Part shown: positions 30,674 through 40,068 of the stretch, piece after piece | Layout: each line of letters starts with the position of its first letter | Numbering within the stretch: the first letter of the stretch is position 1 | Assembly: GCA_002938115.1 (NCBI GenBank) | Contig: PTKD01000001.1 | Span: 1-45,983 of the forward strand | Direction: 5' to 3' | Length of the DNA stretch: 45,983 nucleotides | DNA from: Alphaproteobacteria bacterium MarineAlpha9_Bin7 | Lineage (GTDB): Bacteria > Pseudomonadota > Alphaproteobacteria > UBA7887 | Position numbers and translations under genes: made by a program | The notes under the pieces: model-generated | Seen by the model: the letters and a program-made list of their open reading frames with translations, nothing else | Database searches by the model: none | Told to the model about the DNA's origin: nothing

Positions 30674-31940
30674 CGAAGATTGTTTCGCGCACGGCGGCGC
30701 TCTCATGAGACTGGATGAGGCCTTGTCATTGGTTGCAGAACGTGTTCAGCCAATTCCAGGCATAGAGAGTATTCCGCTAACGATGGCATATGGCCGAATT
30801 CTCGCATGTGATTTAATTTCGTCCAACGATGTACCGCCACATGCGAACTCGGCTGTTGATGGTTATGCAGTTTATTACGATGATCTTCTCCCCGGTCGGG
30901 AGACCGTTCTAACGTTAGTTGGGCGGATTACGGCTGGCCGTCCCTTTGCTCGTCGCATCCGCAGAGGCGAAGTGTTGCGGGTTTTTACCGGGGCGATTAT
31001 GCCGGTCGGAGAAAGCGACGATGGGCCAGACACGGTGTTTATGCAGGAGGACTGCGAGGTAAATGGGACTAGGGTGACTTTCCCGAGTGGCATAGAGCGC
31101 GGTGCTAACCACCGGTTACAGGGTGAAGATGTTGCCGTCGGTAAGAAGCTGTTTTCCACTGGTCGTCGGCTGCGTGCTGTAGATCTAGGATTAGCTGCGG
31201 CTATAGGTCACGAAGTGCTGACAGTTCGGGCGCGACTGCGCGTTGCGCTTTTTTCGACAGGGGATGAGGTTCAGGAACCGGGTACAGATCTGGAACCTGG
31301 GCAGATCTACGATTCAAATCGGGTAGCGCTCGGAGCGCTTTTGACCTCCCTTGGTTGCGCAGTGAGTGATTTCGGCATTTTGGCTGATGATCCGCAAAAA
31401 ACTGCTGACGCCATTGCAGAGGCTGCAAGAGATCATGACCTAATAATCAGTTCGGGCGGCGTATCAGTGGGTGAAGAAGATCATGTTCGGGCGGTTTTGG
31501 AGTCCCAAGGAAACGTCGATATATGGCGGCTGGCAATTAAGCCGGGTCGACCATTACTTCTAGGAACGGTGCGAACAGCTGTTTGCCCAGTTCCCTATCT
31601 TGGGCTGCCGGGCAACCCCGCTGCTGTAATGGTCACTTTTCTGAAATTTGCGCGTCCATTAATTTTACGTCTTGCTGGCGCAAACGAGCAATCCCCACGA
31701 GTGTATCCTGTGCGGGCTGGCTTCTCACATAAGAAAAAGAAGGAGCGCCGTGAATACATCCGGTGTGTCCTAACTGCTGGCGCGGGCGGTTCATTTACTG
31801 CGAGCAAGGCGGGGCGCCAGGGAGCTGGGATTTTATCGGTTGTGTCAGCGGCGGATGGGTTGGTCGAATTGCCGGAGGAAATGGAGTATGTTAGGCGCGG
31901 TTCGATGGTTGATTTTTTGCCATTCAGCGAGGTTGAGTGA
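30660..31940 (+). CDS. moeA: molybdopterin molybdotransferase
   Basis: The ATG at 30660 overlaps the mobB end. MoeA-type segments are present: NSAVDGYAV, TGDE, SGGVSVGEEDH, GLPGNP. Confidence 0.9.
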   Translation: MTQLSEDCFAHGGALMRLDEALSLVAERVQPIPGIESIPLTMAYGRILACDLISSNDVPPHANSAVDGYAVYYDDLLPGRETVLTLVGRITAGRPFARRIRRGEVLRVFTGAIMPVGESDDGPDTVFMQEDCEVNGTRVTFPSGIERGANHRLQGEDVAVGKKLFSTGRRLRAVDLGLAAAIGHEVLTVRARLRVALFSTGDEVQEPGTDLEPGQIYDSNRVALGALLTSLGCAVSDFGILADDPQKTADAIAEAARDHDLIISSGGVSVGEEDHVRAVLESQGNVDIWRLAIKPGRPLLLGTVRTAVCPVPYLGLPGNPAAVMVTFLKFARPLILRLAGANEQSPRVYPVRAGFSHKKKKERREYIRCVLTAGAGGSFTASKAGRQGAGILSVVSAADGLVELPEEMEYVRRGSMVDFLPFSEVE

Positions 31941-31972
31941 CTTTTTATAAAGTGGAGCACAAGTAAGAACCT

Positions 31973-32239
31973 ATGCAGCTGTTGTATTTTGCCTGGTTAC
32001 GCTTAAAGATTGGTGTTGGTGAGGAGCAGCTCGAGCCGCCGCCAGAAGTCGCCACCGTCACTGATCTCTTGGATTGGCTGAGCGAGAAGGGTGATGGGTA
32101 TGCTGAGGCACTGCTTGACCGGTCGGTAGTCCGTGTTGCCGTCAATCAAGAATATGTTGGGTTTGATCACCCATTATCTCCTGAAGATGAGGTGGCTTTG
32201 TTTCCTCCTGTAACTGGTGGTTGCGGAGGCCCGGGATGA
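31973..32239 (+). CDS. moaD: molybdopterin synthase sulfur-carrier subunit with a 5-residue extension after the Gly-Gly terminus
   Basis: 88-aa ubiquitin-like ThiS/MoaD ORF. It ends ...LFPPVTGG-CGGPG and its stop overlaps the moaE ATG (ATGA). Confidence 0.85.
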   Translation: MQLLYFAWLRLKIGVGEEQLEPPPEVATVTDLLDWLSEKGDGYAEALLDRSVVRVAVNQEYVGFDHPLSPEDEVALFPPVTGGCGGPG

Positions 32240-32706
32240 TTAGGATCCAACGAGAGGATTTTGACGTTGGTGTTGAGCTATCTGCACTTTCCCGCGGGCA
32301 GCATAATATTGGTGGCATTGCCGCCTTCGTTGGCGTGGTTCGCGAGATTGGCTCTGATGGTGCCCCTGGCGCGATGACGTTGGAACACTACCCGGGAATG
32401 ACGGAACGAAAACTAATTGAAATAGAGGCCGATGCATTGTCGCGTTGGCCCTTGGACGCTGTCTCGATCATCCACCGTTATGGTCGCCTGGAACCGGGCG
32501 AACAAATAGTGCTTGTAATCACCGCTTCAGCACACCGGACAGCGGCGCTTGAGGCTTGCCAATTTTTGATTGATTGGTTGAAGACGAAGGCGCCGTTTTG
32601 GAAGTTTGAGGAAACTGCCGGAGGCGGGAAATGGGTCGATGCGAGGTCTAGCGATGAACTGGCCACCACGCGTTGGCTCGAGATGGATGGGAGAGGTGCG
32701 GGCTAA
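32236..32706 (+). CDS. moaE: molybdopterin synthase catalytic subunit
   Basis: ATG at 32236. MoaE family segments are present (GAIAAFVG-like GGIAAFVGVVRE, LEHYPGMTE, KAPFWK). Confidence 0.9.
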   Translation: MIRIQREDFDVGVELSALSRGQHNIGGIAAFVGVVREIGSDGAPGAMTLEHYPGMTERKLIEIEADALSRWPLDAVSIIHRYGRLEPGEQIVLVITASAHRTAALEACQFLIDWLKTKAPFWKFEETAGGGKWVDARSSDELATTRWLEMDGRGAG

Positions 32707-32754
32707 CAGACCCACGGTGAGATCTAGAGCATACCGCTTGTAGGATGTATGTGC

Positions 32755-33663
32755 TCAGCTGGCGCCGACTTGGGCAGGCAATGGGGTTTCGGCCTCACTG
32801 TTAGTAAGTGCAGTGTAATCTTCTATCAGTTGCTTGGTGACAGGACCCACCTGAAAATTTAAGTCGTCGCCAATTTGGCCCACTGGTGTAACTTCGGCAG
32901 CAGTTCCCGTAACGAATACCTCATCAGCATTTGACAATTCTTCTGGCATAATTATCCGTTCTACGGTTTCTATGCCACGAGTACGCGCAAGGTGGATTAC
33001 CGTGCGCCGAGTGATGCCATCAAGGAAGCAGTCAGCAATGGGGGTGTGAAGAACGCCATTAATGACCAAGAAAATATTCGCGCCAGTGGTCTCAGCCACG
33101 CGACCACGCCAATCGAGCATCAACGCGTCATCGAAACCGTCTGCTTCGGCATCGTGCTTGCTAAGCGTGCAGATCATATACAAACCCGCCGCCTTCGTTT
33201 TGGCGGGTATCGTTTCAGGTGATGGCCGTTTCCACTTCGACCATTGGAGTCGTATCCCTTTGAGACGCGCCTCCGGAGTATAATAGGAGGGCCATTCCCA
33301 TGCAGCAATGGACACGTGAATCGAACATTTTTGAGCCGAGACTCCCATCATTTCACTGCCACGCCAGGCCACTGGGCGCAAATATCCGTCTGCGATATTG
33401 TTTGCTTCAAGGACCGTATAGTTAGCAGCATTTATTTCGGCCGCAGAAAAGGGCAATTCGAAACCGAGCGTTGTTGCTGAGTGGATCAAACGCTCCGTGT
33501 GCTCTTCGAGCTTAAATATTTTTCCGTTGTAAGAGCGTTGGCCTTCGAATACCGCACTGGCGTAATGAAGACCGTGGGTCAGCACGTGAACTTTAGCGTC
33601 CCTCCACGGCACCATTGTTCCGTCAAACCAAATCAGACCATTGTTGTCATCATAACTTTGCAT
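32755..33663 (-). CDS. ilvE: branched-chain amino acid aminotransferase
   Basis: The internal ATG at 33663 (MQSYDDNNGLIWFDG) gives about 302 aa. Class IV PLP enzyme patterns are present (FEGQRSYNGKIFKLEEHTERL, GITRRTVIHLA). Confidence 0.85.
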   Translation of the reverse strand: MQSYDDNNGLIWFDGTMVPWRDAKVHVLTHGLHYASAVFEGQRSYNGKIFKLEEHTERLIHSATTLGFELPFSAAEINAANYTVLEANNIADGYLRPVAWRGSEMMGVSAQKCSIHVSIAAWEWPSYYTPEARLKGIRLQWSKWKRPSPETIPAKTKAAGLYMICTLSKHDAEADGFDDALMLDWRGRVAETTGANIFLVINGVLHTPIADCFLDGITRRTVIHLARTRGIETVERIIMPEELSNADEVFVTGTAAEVTPVGQIGDDLNFQVGPVTKQLIEDYTALTNSEAETPLPAQVGAS

Positions 33664-33761
33664 TGCAGTTGCCGGGGTTGACGGGTGTTTGCGGCCTTGC
33701 CAAATGACGGTTGCGTTGGCTAACACCCACCATCATATGTTGTCAACAACAGGCCATTTAC

Positions 33762-34925
33762 TTATTCCCAAATGTTCTCGTAGATCGCGACGATCTCTTG
33801 AGCATTTGGCACTCTTGGGTTGTTGGCGGGTGATCCAGAGGCGAGTGCCTGTTCGGCCATGGTTTCAAGTAGGCTAAAATATGTGTTGTCGCCGATACCG
33901 TAAGCTTTTGGACTTGGCACCTTAAGATCCTGATTTAGGCTCGTCAGCTCATTGAGCAACTTCTTAACGGCGGTATCATCATTGTCCCGATCATCAGCGG
34001 TGCCCATGGCGCGGGCGCAGTCGGCATAGCGGCCTACTGCGTGCGGCGCAGAAAAAGCGGTTACGGCTGGTAGCAGCATGGCATTCGAAAGCCCATGTGG
34101 TACATGGAAGTGAGCGCCAATTGGGCGGCTCATACCGTGGACCATGCATACTGACGCATTGGAAAAAGCCATTCCGCCCTGGGTTGCTGCAAGCATCATT
34201 GCTTCACGCGACGAGGTATTGTCCGGTTGATTGCATGCAGTTCGGAGATGACGGGACACTAGCGCCATGCAGGATTTAGCTATGCTGTCAGTGAACGGGT
34301 TCTGTTTTTTGCTGACATAAGCCTCAATTGCGTGCGTTAAGGTGTCAATTCCTGTATCGGCAGTTAGCCGCCATGGCATAGTGACGGTAAGGGTGTAGTC
34401 CACCAATGCTGCTTGTGGAACGTAGGCAAGGCCCATGCACAGCATTTTTTCATCTGTTTCTGTGTCGGTAATTACGGTAAATCGGGTTACTTCGGAGCCC
34501 GTGCCTGCGGTGGTTGGAATCGCGATTATCGGATAGTCACAGTGATCTACCTGATGAGGGACTTTGTAGTCGCGCATGGCACCGCCATGGGTCGCTAAAA
34601 CAGCCATCGCTTTGGCTGTATCTATTGGGCTACCACCTCCGAGTGCGATCAAACAATCAAAATCACCTTTGGTTAAGATATCAACACCAGCTGATATTGC
34701 GTCCGTGGTAGGGTCAGGGACAGTGTCGGTGAACGCGACCCAAGCCACACTCGCATCATCGAGTACTGACGTAATCTTGGTTAGCGTTCCAGATTCCCGC
34801 ATAAAATTGTCGCTAACGATTAAAGGTTTTGTTACTCCAAGTTTTTCAAGCGTGGCATGAACTTCCGTGTGTGCATCCGCTCCAATCATCATCAGTTTTG
34901 GAAGTGTGATCATCGCAGCGGTCAT
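33762..34925 (-). CDS. iron-containing (group III) alcohol dehydrogenase
   Basis: 387-aa ORF with GGGSPIDTAKA and the His-rich metal site HGMSRPIGAHFHVPHG. Confidence 0.9.
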   Translation of the reverse strand: MTAAMITLPKLMMIGADAHTEVHATLEKLGVTKPLIVSDNFMRESGTLTKITSVLDDASVAWVAFTDTVPDPTTDAISAGVDILTKGDFDCLIALGGGSPIDTAKAMAVLATHGGAMRDYKVPHQVDHCDYPIIAIPTTAGTGSEVTRFTVITDTETDEKMLCMGLAYVPQAALVDYTLTVTMPWRLTADTGIDTLTHAIEAYVSKKQNPFTDSIAKSCMALVSRHLRTACNQPDNTSSREAMMLAATQGGMAFSNASVCMVHGMSRPIGAHFHVPHGLSNAMLLPAVTAFSAPHAVGRYADCARAMGTADDRDNDDTAVKKLLNELTSLNQDLKVPSPKAYGIGDNTYFSLLETMAEQALASGSPANNPRVPNAQEIVAIYENIWE

Positions 34926-34958
34926 AATTGGTGGTTCCTATTTTGTCGGCGATGAAAT

Positions 34959-35062
34959 TTTGATACCGCAGTGTAGCTATATCCCATGCGGATGTCGCTT
35001 GTCAGTTTGTGTGCAGTCAGTTTTTACTTCGCGCAGATCAAACAGCGAGCTTCGGTATCAAA
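34959..35062. repeat. 10-bp perfect inverted repeat bracketing an 84-nt spacer
   Basis: TTTGATACCG (34959-34968) pairs with CGGTATCAAA (35053-35062). The repeat lies between the small ORF at 35063-35272 and the Fe-ADH start. Confidence 0.5.
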
Positions 35063-35272
35063 CTATTGCAATGCGACTTCGCCATCGATTTCAAGATCAA
35101 GTGTAGTACCTTTCAAAGTAATCCGGGCCTTGGCGGTGAGGGTTTCATCACCTTTGAGTTGGCCATTAGCAATTCCTTCTAGGACCGCCCGTTCGATTTC
35201 CCGTTGGGCCGTAATGCCAAGTTTTTTAAGGAATTTCCGCACGTTCATATTGAAAGATTCTTCATTCATCAT
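35063..35272 (-). CDS. small conserved-looking hypothetical protein (69 aa)
   Basis: ATG-initiated ORF with balanced, non-repetitive composition (MMNEESFNMNVRKFLKKLGITAQREIERAV...). It fills the gap between Fe-ADH and ccmA. Confidence 0.5.
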   Translation of the reverse strand: MMNEESFNMNVRKFLKKLGITAQREIERAVLEGIANGQLKGDETLTAKARITLKGTTLDLEIDGEVALQ

Positions 35273-35356
35273 TTTATCCTTTCTTTGTTAACGCCTGGTC
35301 CGATGCCAACTGCTATGCTAAGCGAACACCATGCACGTGTGGCGCAAAATAATCCA

Positions 35357-35986
35357 ATGGTACCGCCGGTGAGTAATTCAATCCTGGAGGCGAGAGACTT
35401 GGCTTTGTGGAGAGGTGAGCGGCTCCTCTTTCAGAAACTTAGTTTTTCGTTGGGTGCCAGCGAAGCATTGCTGCTCAGCGGGCCGAACGGAAGCGGTAAA
35501 ACAAGCTTGTTGCGACTGATCGCGGGTCTTATTCGGCCAACTTCTGGCGTTGTATTCTGGTGCGGTGCTCCCACAAACAAACACGAACGGTTTCACAATG
35601 ATCTCAACTATATTGGCCATCTTGATGCGGTCAAACCGTTACTCACGGTCGCCGAGAACGTTGAGTTTTGGTCCACTCTGAGAGGGGGGGATGCCGTGCA
35701 AGAGGCGCTTAATCATTTTTGTCTGAGAGAGATTGCTAATTTACCTGCTCGTTTTCTTTCTGCGGGACAGAGGCGGCGGGTAGGCCTTGCGCGACTTTTG
35801 GCGGCGCCGGGTAAATTATGGCTTTTAGATGAGCCTGCCGTAGGATTGGATGAAGACTCGGTGTCTGCCCTTTTCGACGCAATCCGCAAACACCGCGCTG
35901 TCGGAGGACTGGTTGTGGCGGCTAGCCACGGCGATTTACCGCTCGAAAATGCGCAAAAATTGGTGCTCCCAGAGATTCATTCATGA
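35357..35986 (+). CDS. ccmA: heme ABC exporter ATP-binding protein
   Basis: Walker A GPNGSGKTS, signature LSAGQRRRV and Walker B LWLLDEP. ATG 35357 is chosen because ORF start 35204 would overlap the opposite-strand small ORF. ATG 35303 is also possible. Confidence 0.9.
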   Translation: MVPPVSNSILEARDLALWRGERLLFQKLSFSLGASEALLLSGPNGSGKTSLLRLIAGLIRPTSGVVFWCGAPTNKHERFHNDLNYIGHLDAVKPLLTVAENVEFWSTLRGGDAVQEALNHFCLREIANLPARFLSAGQRRRVGLARLLAAPGKLWLLDEPAVGLDEDSVSALFDAIRKHRAVGGLVVAASHGDLPLENAQKLVLPEIHS

Positions 35987-36648
35987 ATATCTTTTTTGCA
36001 ATTGTACGTCGGGATGTGATGCTGGCGTTACGCCGCATGAGCGACACCATGTCCGTGTTGCTGTTTTTTATTCTCGCGATAGTGTTGTTTCCGCTGGGTA
36101 TTGGCCCAGAATTGAATGTGTTGTCTCGAATTGCTGCTGGCACAATTTGGGTGGTAGCGTTGTTGGCAGCGATGCTGTCCCTTGATCGCCTTTTCCAAAT
36201 TGACGCTGACGAAGGTGGCTTAGATTTACTTATTTTGGCTCCCTTGCCACTCGAGGTAGTCGTGATCGCTAAATGCTTGGCGCATTGGCTTGTGACCGGG
36301 GTGCCTTTAATTGTTTCGGCTCCCATCTTGTCGGTTCTCCTGAATATGAGCAGTGATGGTTTTTTGGTAATGATAGTTGCGATGGTGCTCGCTACACCTA
36401 CATTGAGCTTAATCGGTGCAGTAGGGGCTGCGCTCACCGTTGGCACGCGCCGTGGCGGCGTCCTCGTTTCTCTCTTGGTATTGCCTCTGCTTACACCCGT
36501 CCTGATCTTGGGCGCGAGTGCAGTTGACTTGGCCTTGGCGGGTCTAAACGCAGTTCCACTGTTGATGCTACTCGGCGCTGTGTTATTGGTGGCGGCGTTA
36601 CTATGCCCTTGGGCGGCTGCCTCGGGCTTGCGTCTGACTATCGAATAA
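35983..36648 (+). CDS. ccmB: heme exporter membrane protein
   Basis: 221-aa polytopic ORF that overlaps the ccmA stop. Its position between ccmA and ccmC supports the call. Confidence 0.9.
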   Translation: MNIFFAIVRRDVMLALRRMSDTMSVLLFFILAIVLFPLGIGPELNVLSRIAAGTIWVVALLAAMLSLDRLFQIDADEGGLDLLILAPLPLEVVVIAKCLAHWLVTGVPLIVSAPILSVLLNMSSDGFLVMIVAMVLATPTLSLIGAVGAALTVGTRRGGVLVSLLVLPLLTPVLILGASAVDLALAGLNAVPLLMLLGAVLLVAALLCPWAAASGLRLTIE

Positions 36649-36665
36649 CGTTAGGTCTTGCTATC

Positions 36666-37433
36666 ATGGTAAACCTACATCGATTTGCGAATCCCAACCG
36701 ATTCATGCGGCTTTCCGGTTTCGTTCTGCCGTGGGTATCGGGGATCGCTGCTATCACTTTCGCGGTGGGTTTATATTTGGCCTTGGTCGTTTCACCGCCC
36801 GATTACGAACAACGTGAGACAGTCCGGATCATGTACATACACGTGCCGGCTGCCTGGATGGCGCTCTTCAGTTATACTTTGATGGCTGCTTCTTGTGCGG
36901 TGGCTCTGATATGGCGACACCCGCTGGCTGATGTAGCTGCCAAATCCATTGCACCAATCGGTGCGGGCTTTACCTTCATTTGTTTGGTGACTGGATCGCT
37001 ATGGGGACACCCCACATGGGGTACTTGGTGGGTTTGGGATGCACGGCTAACGTCGGTCTTAATCTTATTTTTTCTGTTTATGGGTTATATGGTGCTCTTT
37101 GATGCGTTTGATGATCCTACCAAAGGTGCTCGCGCGGCAGGGGTCTTAGCGATGGTGGGATTTGTATTCGTGCCTATAATTAAATTCTCCGTGGATATCC
37201 TTGAGCTACGTACTTTGCATCAGGGGGCGAGCGTATCGAAGTTGTCGACCCCGTCCATACATGAGTCAATGTTATGGCCGTTGCTGATCATGGCGTTGGC
37301 ATACCTAGCGTACTTTATTGCTTTGCTGCTTGTCCGAATGCGGTCAGCGATCCTAGGTGCTCGAGTACGCTCTCTACGAATGATGCAGGCAGAGCGGGCA
37401 TCTAGGGTGGCCATCGCTCCGGAACGCTTATGA
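36666..37433 (+). CDS. ccmC: heme exporter / heme-handling protein
   Basis: ATG at 36666 (MVNLHRFANP). The WWD motif is WGTWWVWDARLTS. Confidence 0.9.
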   Translation: MVNLHRFANPNRFMRLSGFVLPWVSGIAAITFAVGLYLALVVSPPDYEQRETVRIMYIHVPAAWMALFSYTLMAASCAVALIWRHPLADVAAKSIAPIGAGFTFICLVTGSLWGHPTWGTWWVWDARLTSVLILFFLFMGYMVLFDAFDDPTKGARAAGVLAMVGFVFVPIIKFSVDILELRTLHQGASVSKLSTPSIHESMLWPLLIMALAYLAYFIALLLVRMRSAILGARVRSLRMMQAERASRVAIAPERL

Positions 37434-37627
37434 ACGGACTTGCGGAATATTTGTCTATGGAGGGAGATGGCCGTTTTATATGGTCTGCGTATGCGGTCGC
37501 GTTGTTGGTTCTGATAGGATTAGTTGTTGTTTCTGTACGGAATTATAGATTGCGACAGACAGAATTGAATGTGCTGCGGGAAGTTGATGGCGACAACCGT
37601 CACTCGGACGATGGCGAGCGCCGGTAA
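37430..37627 (+). CDS. ccmD: heme exporter protein D
   Basis: 65-aa single-TM ORF. It overlaps the ccmC stop and abuts the ccmE start. Confidence 0.8.
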   Translation: MNGLAEYLSMEGDGRFIWSAYAVALLVLIGLVVVSVRNYRLRQTELNVLREVDGDNRHSDDGERR

Positions 37628-38070
37628 TGACACGTAAGAAACGACGACTATACGTGTTGTTGGTAGCAGCCGTTCTTCTGGGGGGTGCAACGGCGCTAGT
37701 GATTGGGGCTTTTCGTGGCAATCTGGTTTTCTTTTTCAGTCCGACGGAAATTTTCGAAAAGAGCGTCGAGCCGGGCCAACGCATTCGTGTTGGCGGATTG
37801 GTGGAGGAAGATAGTGTTGTCCACGATGCGGATGGTCTGACCGTGCACTTCCGCGTAACCGATCTGAGTCATGCCGTTATGGTTACCTATCGTGGTATCT
37901 TGCCAAGCTTGTTTCGGGAAGGCCAAGGAGTTGTTATCCAAGGGCGTTTGGATGAGACGGCGCATTTCATCGCAGATGAAGTAATGGCCAAGCACGATGA
38001 GAATTATATGCCGCCTGAGGTGGCCGAAGCTTTGAAAAAATCAGGTCAATGGAAGGGTGACGACGAATGA
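37627..38070 (+). CDS. ccmE: cytochrome c maturation heme chaperone
   Basis: 147-aa ORF with an N-terminal anchor and the heme-binding His context MAKHDENYMPPE. Confidence 0.92.
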   Translation: MTRKKRRLYVLLVAAVLLGGATALVIGAFRGNLVFFFSPTEIFEKSVEPGQRIRVGGLVEEDSVVHDADGLTVHFRVTDLSHAVMVTYRGILPSLFREGQGVVIQGRLDETAHFIADEVMAKHDENYMPPEVAEALKKSGQWKGDDE

Positions 38071-40064
38071 TCGTCGAAATCGGCCACATTGCCTTAATAA
38101 TGGCGCTCGCCGTAGCGTTGGTTCAGGCGGTTGTCCCTATGATAGGTGCGTCGCGAGGCGACGGACGGCTAATGGCGCTCGCGAGTACGGCGGCGGGTAT
38201 TCAATGGTTGTTCATTGTAATTGCGTTTTTGGCGTTGATGAATGCGTACATCACGTCAGATTTTTCTGTATTTAATGTGGCCAGCAATTCCCATTCTGCC
38301 AAACCAATCCTCTATAAAATAGCCGGTGTGTGGGGAAATCACGAAGGTTCGCTCGTGTTATGGGTACTGATTCTTGCTACATTTGGCGGCGCGATCGTGC
38401 TGTTTGGCGGAAATTTACCACCTGCTCTGCGGGCACGGGTGTTGTCCGTGCAGGCATTAATTGCAGTTGGGTTTCTCTCTTTTAGCCTGTTTACTTCCAA
38501 TCCATTTCAACGTGTTTCTCCGGCCCCGTTAGATGGCAATGGTCTGAATCCGTTGCTGCAGGATCCTGGGCTCGCTTTTCATCCACCGTTTCTCTATCTC
38601 GGCTACGTCGGTTTCTCTGTCGCATTTGCATTTGCTGTTGCGGCTTTGATCGAGGGTCGTGTTGATGCCGCGTGGGCGCGCTGGGTAAGGCCGTGGGCCC
38701 TAATAGCCTGGAGTTTTCTTACGGTCGGCATTGCCCTGGGAAGTTGGTGGGCTTATTACGAGCTCGGTTGGGGCGGATGGTGGTTTTGGGACCCGGTGGA
38801 AAATGCGTCTTTCATGCCCTGGCTCGCTGGCACGGCACTTCTGCACTCCGCAATTGTGTGTGAAAAGCGCGATGCCCTGAAGGCATGGACTATTCTGCTT
38901 GCCATTGTCGCGTTTTCACTAAGCCTGCTTGGAACCTTCTTGGTTCGTTCCGGCGTGTTGACCTCGGTTCATGCTTTTGCCACCGATCCGGCACGAGGCG
39001 TTTTCATTTTGGGTTTTTTGGTGGTCGTAGTTGGTGGGTCTCTAGCCTTATTCGCCATACGAGCTCCTCGACTGAAAGCAGGCGGTCTTTTTGCCCCCGT
39101 GTCCCGAGAGGGGGGTATCGTGCTTAATAATCTTTTGTTCAGTGCAGCGGCCGCCACGGTGCTGCTGGGGACGCTATATCCGTTGTTTATCGATGCCTTA
39201 GGGGCAGGCAAGGTTTCCGTCGGACCACCTTACTTTAATACCGTTTTTGTCCCTTTGATGTCGCCACTGGTAGTGCTGGCCGGAATTGCCCCAATGCTTT
39301 CTTGGAAACGTGCAGACCTAGGGGGTATTGTTGATAGACTTAAAATCATCGCGGCTTTGACAGCGTTGGTTTTGGTGTGGACCGTGTATCAGGTGTGGGG
39401 CAATGCGGTCTTTGGTGCGTTTGGCATTGCGCTCAGTGCTTGGCTTGCGTCCTCAGTGCTGTTGGATTGGGCGCTGCGGATTCGCCTGTTTCGCGCTTCG
39501 CCACTTGATAGCATGCGACGTGCCATGAGAATTCCTCGGGCAGCGTATGGCATGAATTTCGCCCATTTTGGAGTAGCCTTACTTGTGGCCGGCGTCACGG
39601 CATCTAGTGCGTGGCGGACCGAATCGCTTCAGGTAATGCGCGAAGGTGAAAGCATCTCTGTTGCTGGCTTCGAGTTTCTATTTCACGGTGTCGACCGTGC
39701 CGAGGGCCCCAACTACGCAGTCGATCGGGGCCACTTTACGGTAACACGCGGAGCTAAATTTACGGTTGAACTATGGCCTGAGAATCGATTTTACCCTGTC
39801 CAACAGCAGCCGACCACCGAAGCCGCTATTCACACTATGTGGAATGCTGATCTATATGCTGTAGTTGGTGACCCTGATGGGAACGGGGGATGGGCAACAC
39901 GTATTTATTACAACCCGCTCGTTCCCTGGATTTGGTTGGGGGCGTTGGTGATGGCTTTGGGCGGCGCAGTTTCGCTAAGTGATCGTCGTCATCGTGTGGG
40001 TGCACCAAAACGGAGTCAAAGTACTCCAATGCCGCGTCATGCCGCCGCGGACATAGTTCGTTAG
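38067..40064 (+). CDS. ccmF: cytochrome c-type biogenesis heme lyase subunit
   Basis: 665-aa polytopic ORF with the WWD motif WGGWWFWDPVENAS. Confidence 0.95.
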   Translation: MIVEIGHIALIMALAVALVQAVVPMIGASRGDGRLMALASTAAGIQWLFIVIAFLALMNAYITSDFSVFNVASNSHSAKPILYKIAGVWGNHEGSLVLWVLILATFGGAIVLFGGNLPPALRARVLSVQALIAVGFLSFSLFTSNPFQRVSPAPLDGNGLNPLLQDPGLAFHPPFLYLGYVGFSVAFAFAVAALIEGRVDAAWARWVRPWALIAWSFLTVGIALGSWWAYYELGWGGWWFWDPVENASFMPWLAGTALLHSAIVCEKRDALKAWTILLAIVAFSLSLLGTFLVRSGVLTSVHAFATDPARGVFILGFLVVVVGGSLALFAIRAPRLKAGGLFAPVSREGGIVLNNLLFSAAAATVLLGTLYPLFIDALGAGKVSVGPPYFNTVFVPLMSPLVVLAGIAPMLSWKRADLGGIVDRLKIIAALTALVLVWTVYQVWGNAVFGAFGIALSAWLASSVLLDWALRIRLFRASPLDSMRRAMRIPRAAYGMNFAHFGVALLVAGVTASSAWRTESLQVMREGESISVAGFEFLFHGVDRAEGPNYAVDRGHFTVTRGAKFTVELWPENRFYPVQQQPTTEAAIHTMWNADLYAVVGDPDGNGGWATRIYYNPLVPWIWLGALVMALGGAVSLSDRRHRVGAPKRSQSTPMPRHAAADIVR

Positions 40065-40068
40065 GCTG

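Noticed and set aside
35204-35356. Long N-terminal extension of ccmA given by the ORF track
   Set aside because: The extension overlaps the opposite-strand 69-codon ORF and adds about 50 residues that CcmA proteins do not have. The internal ATG at 35357 (or 35303) fits the family length.
35922-36446. 174-aa antisense ORF over ccmA/ccmB
   Set aside because: It is a shadow ORF. The plus-strand frame is supported by ccm gene order and translational coupling.
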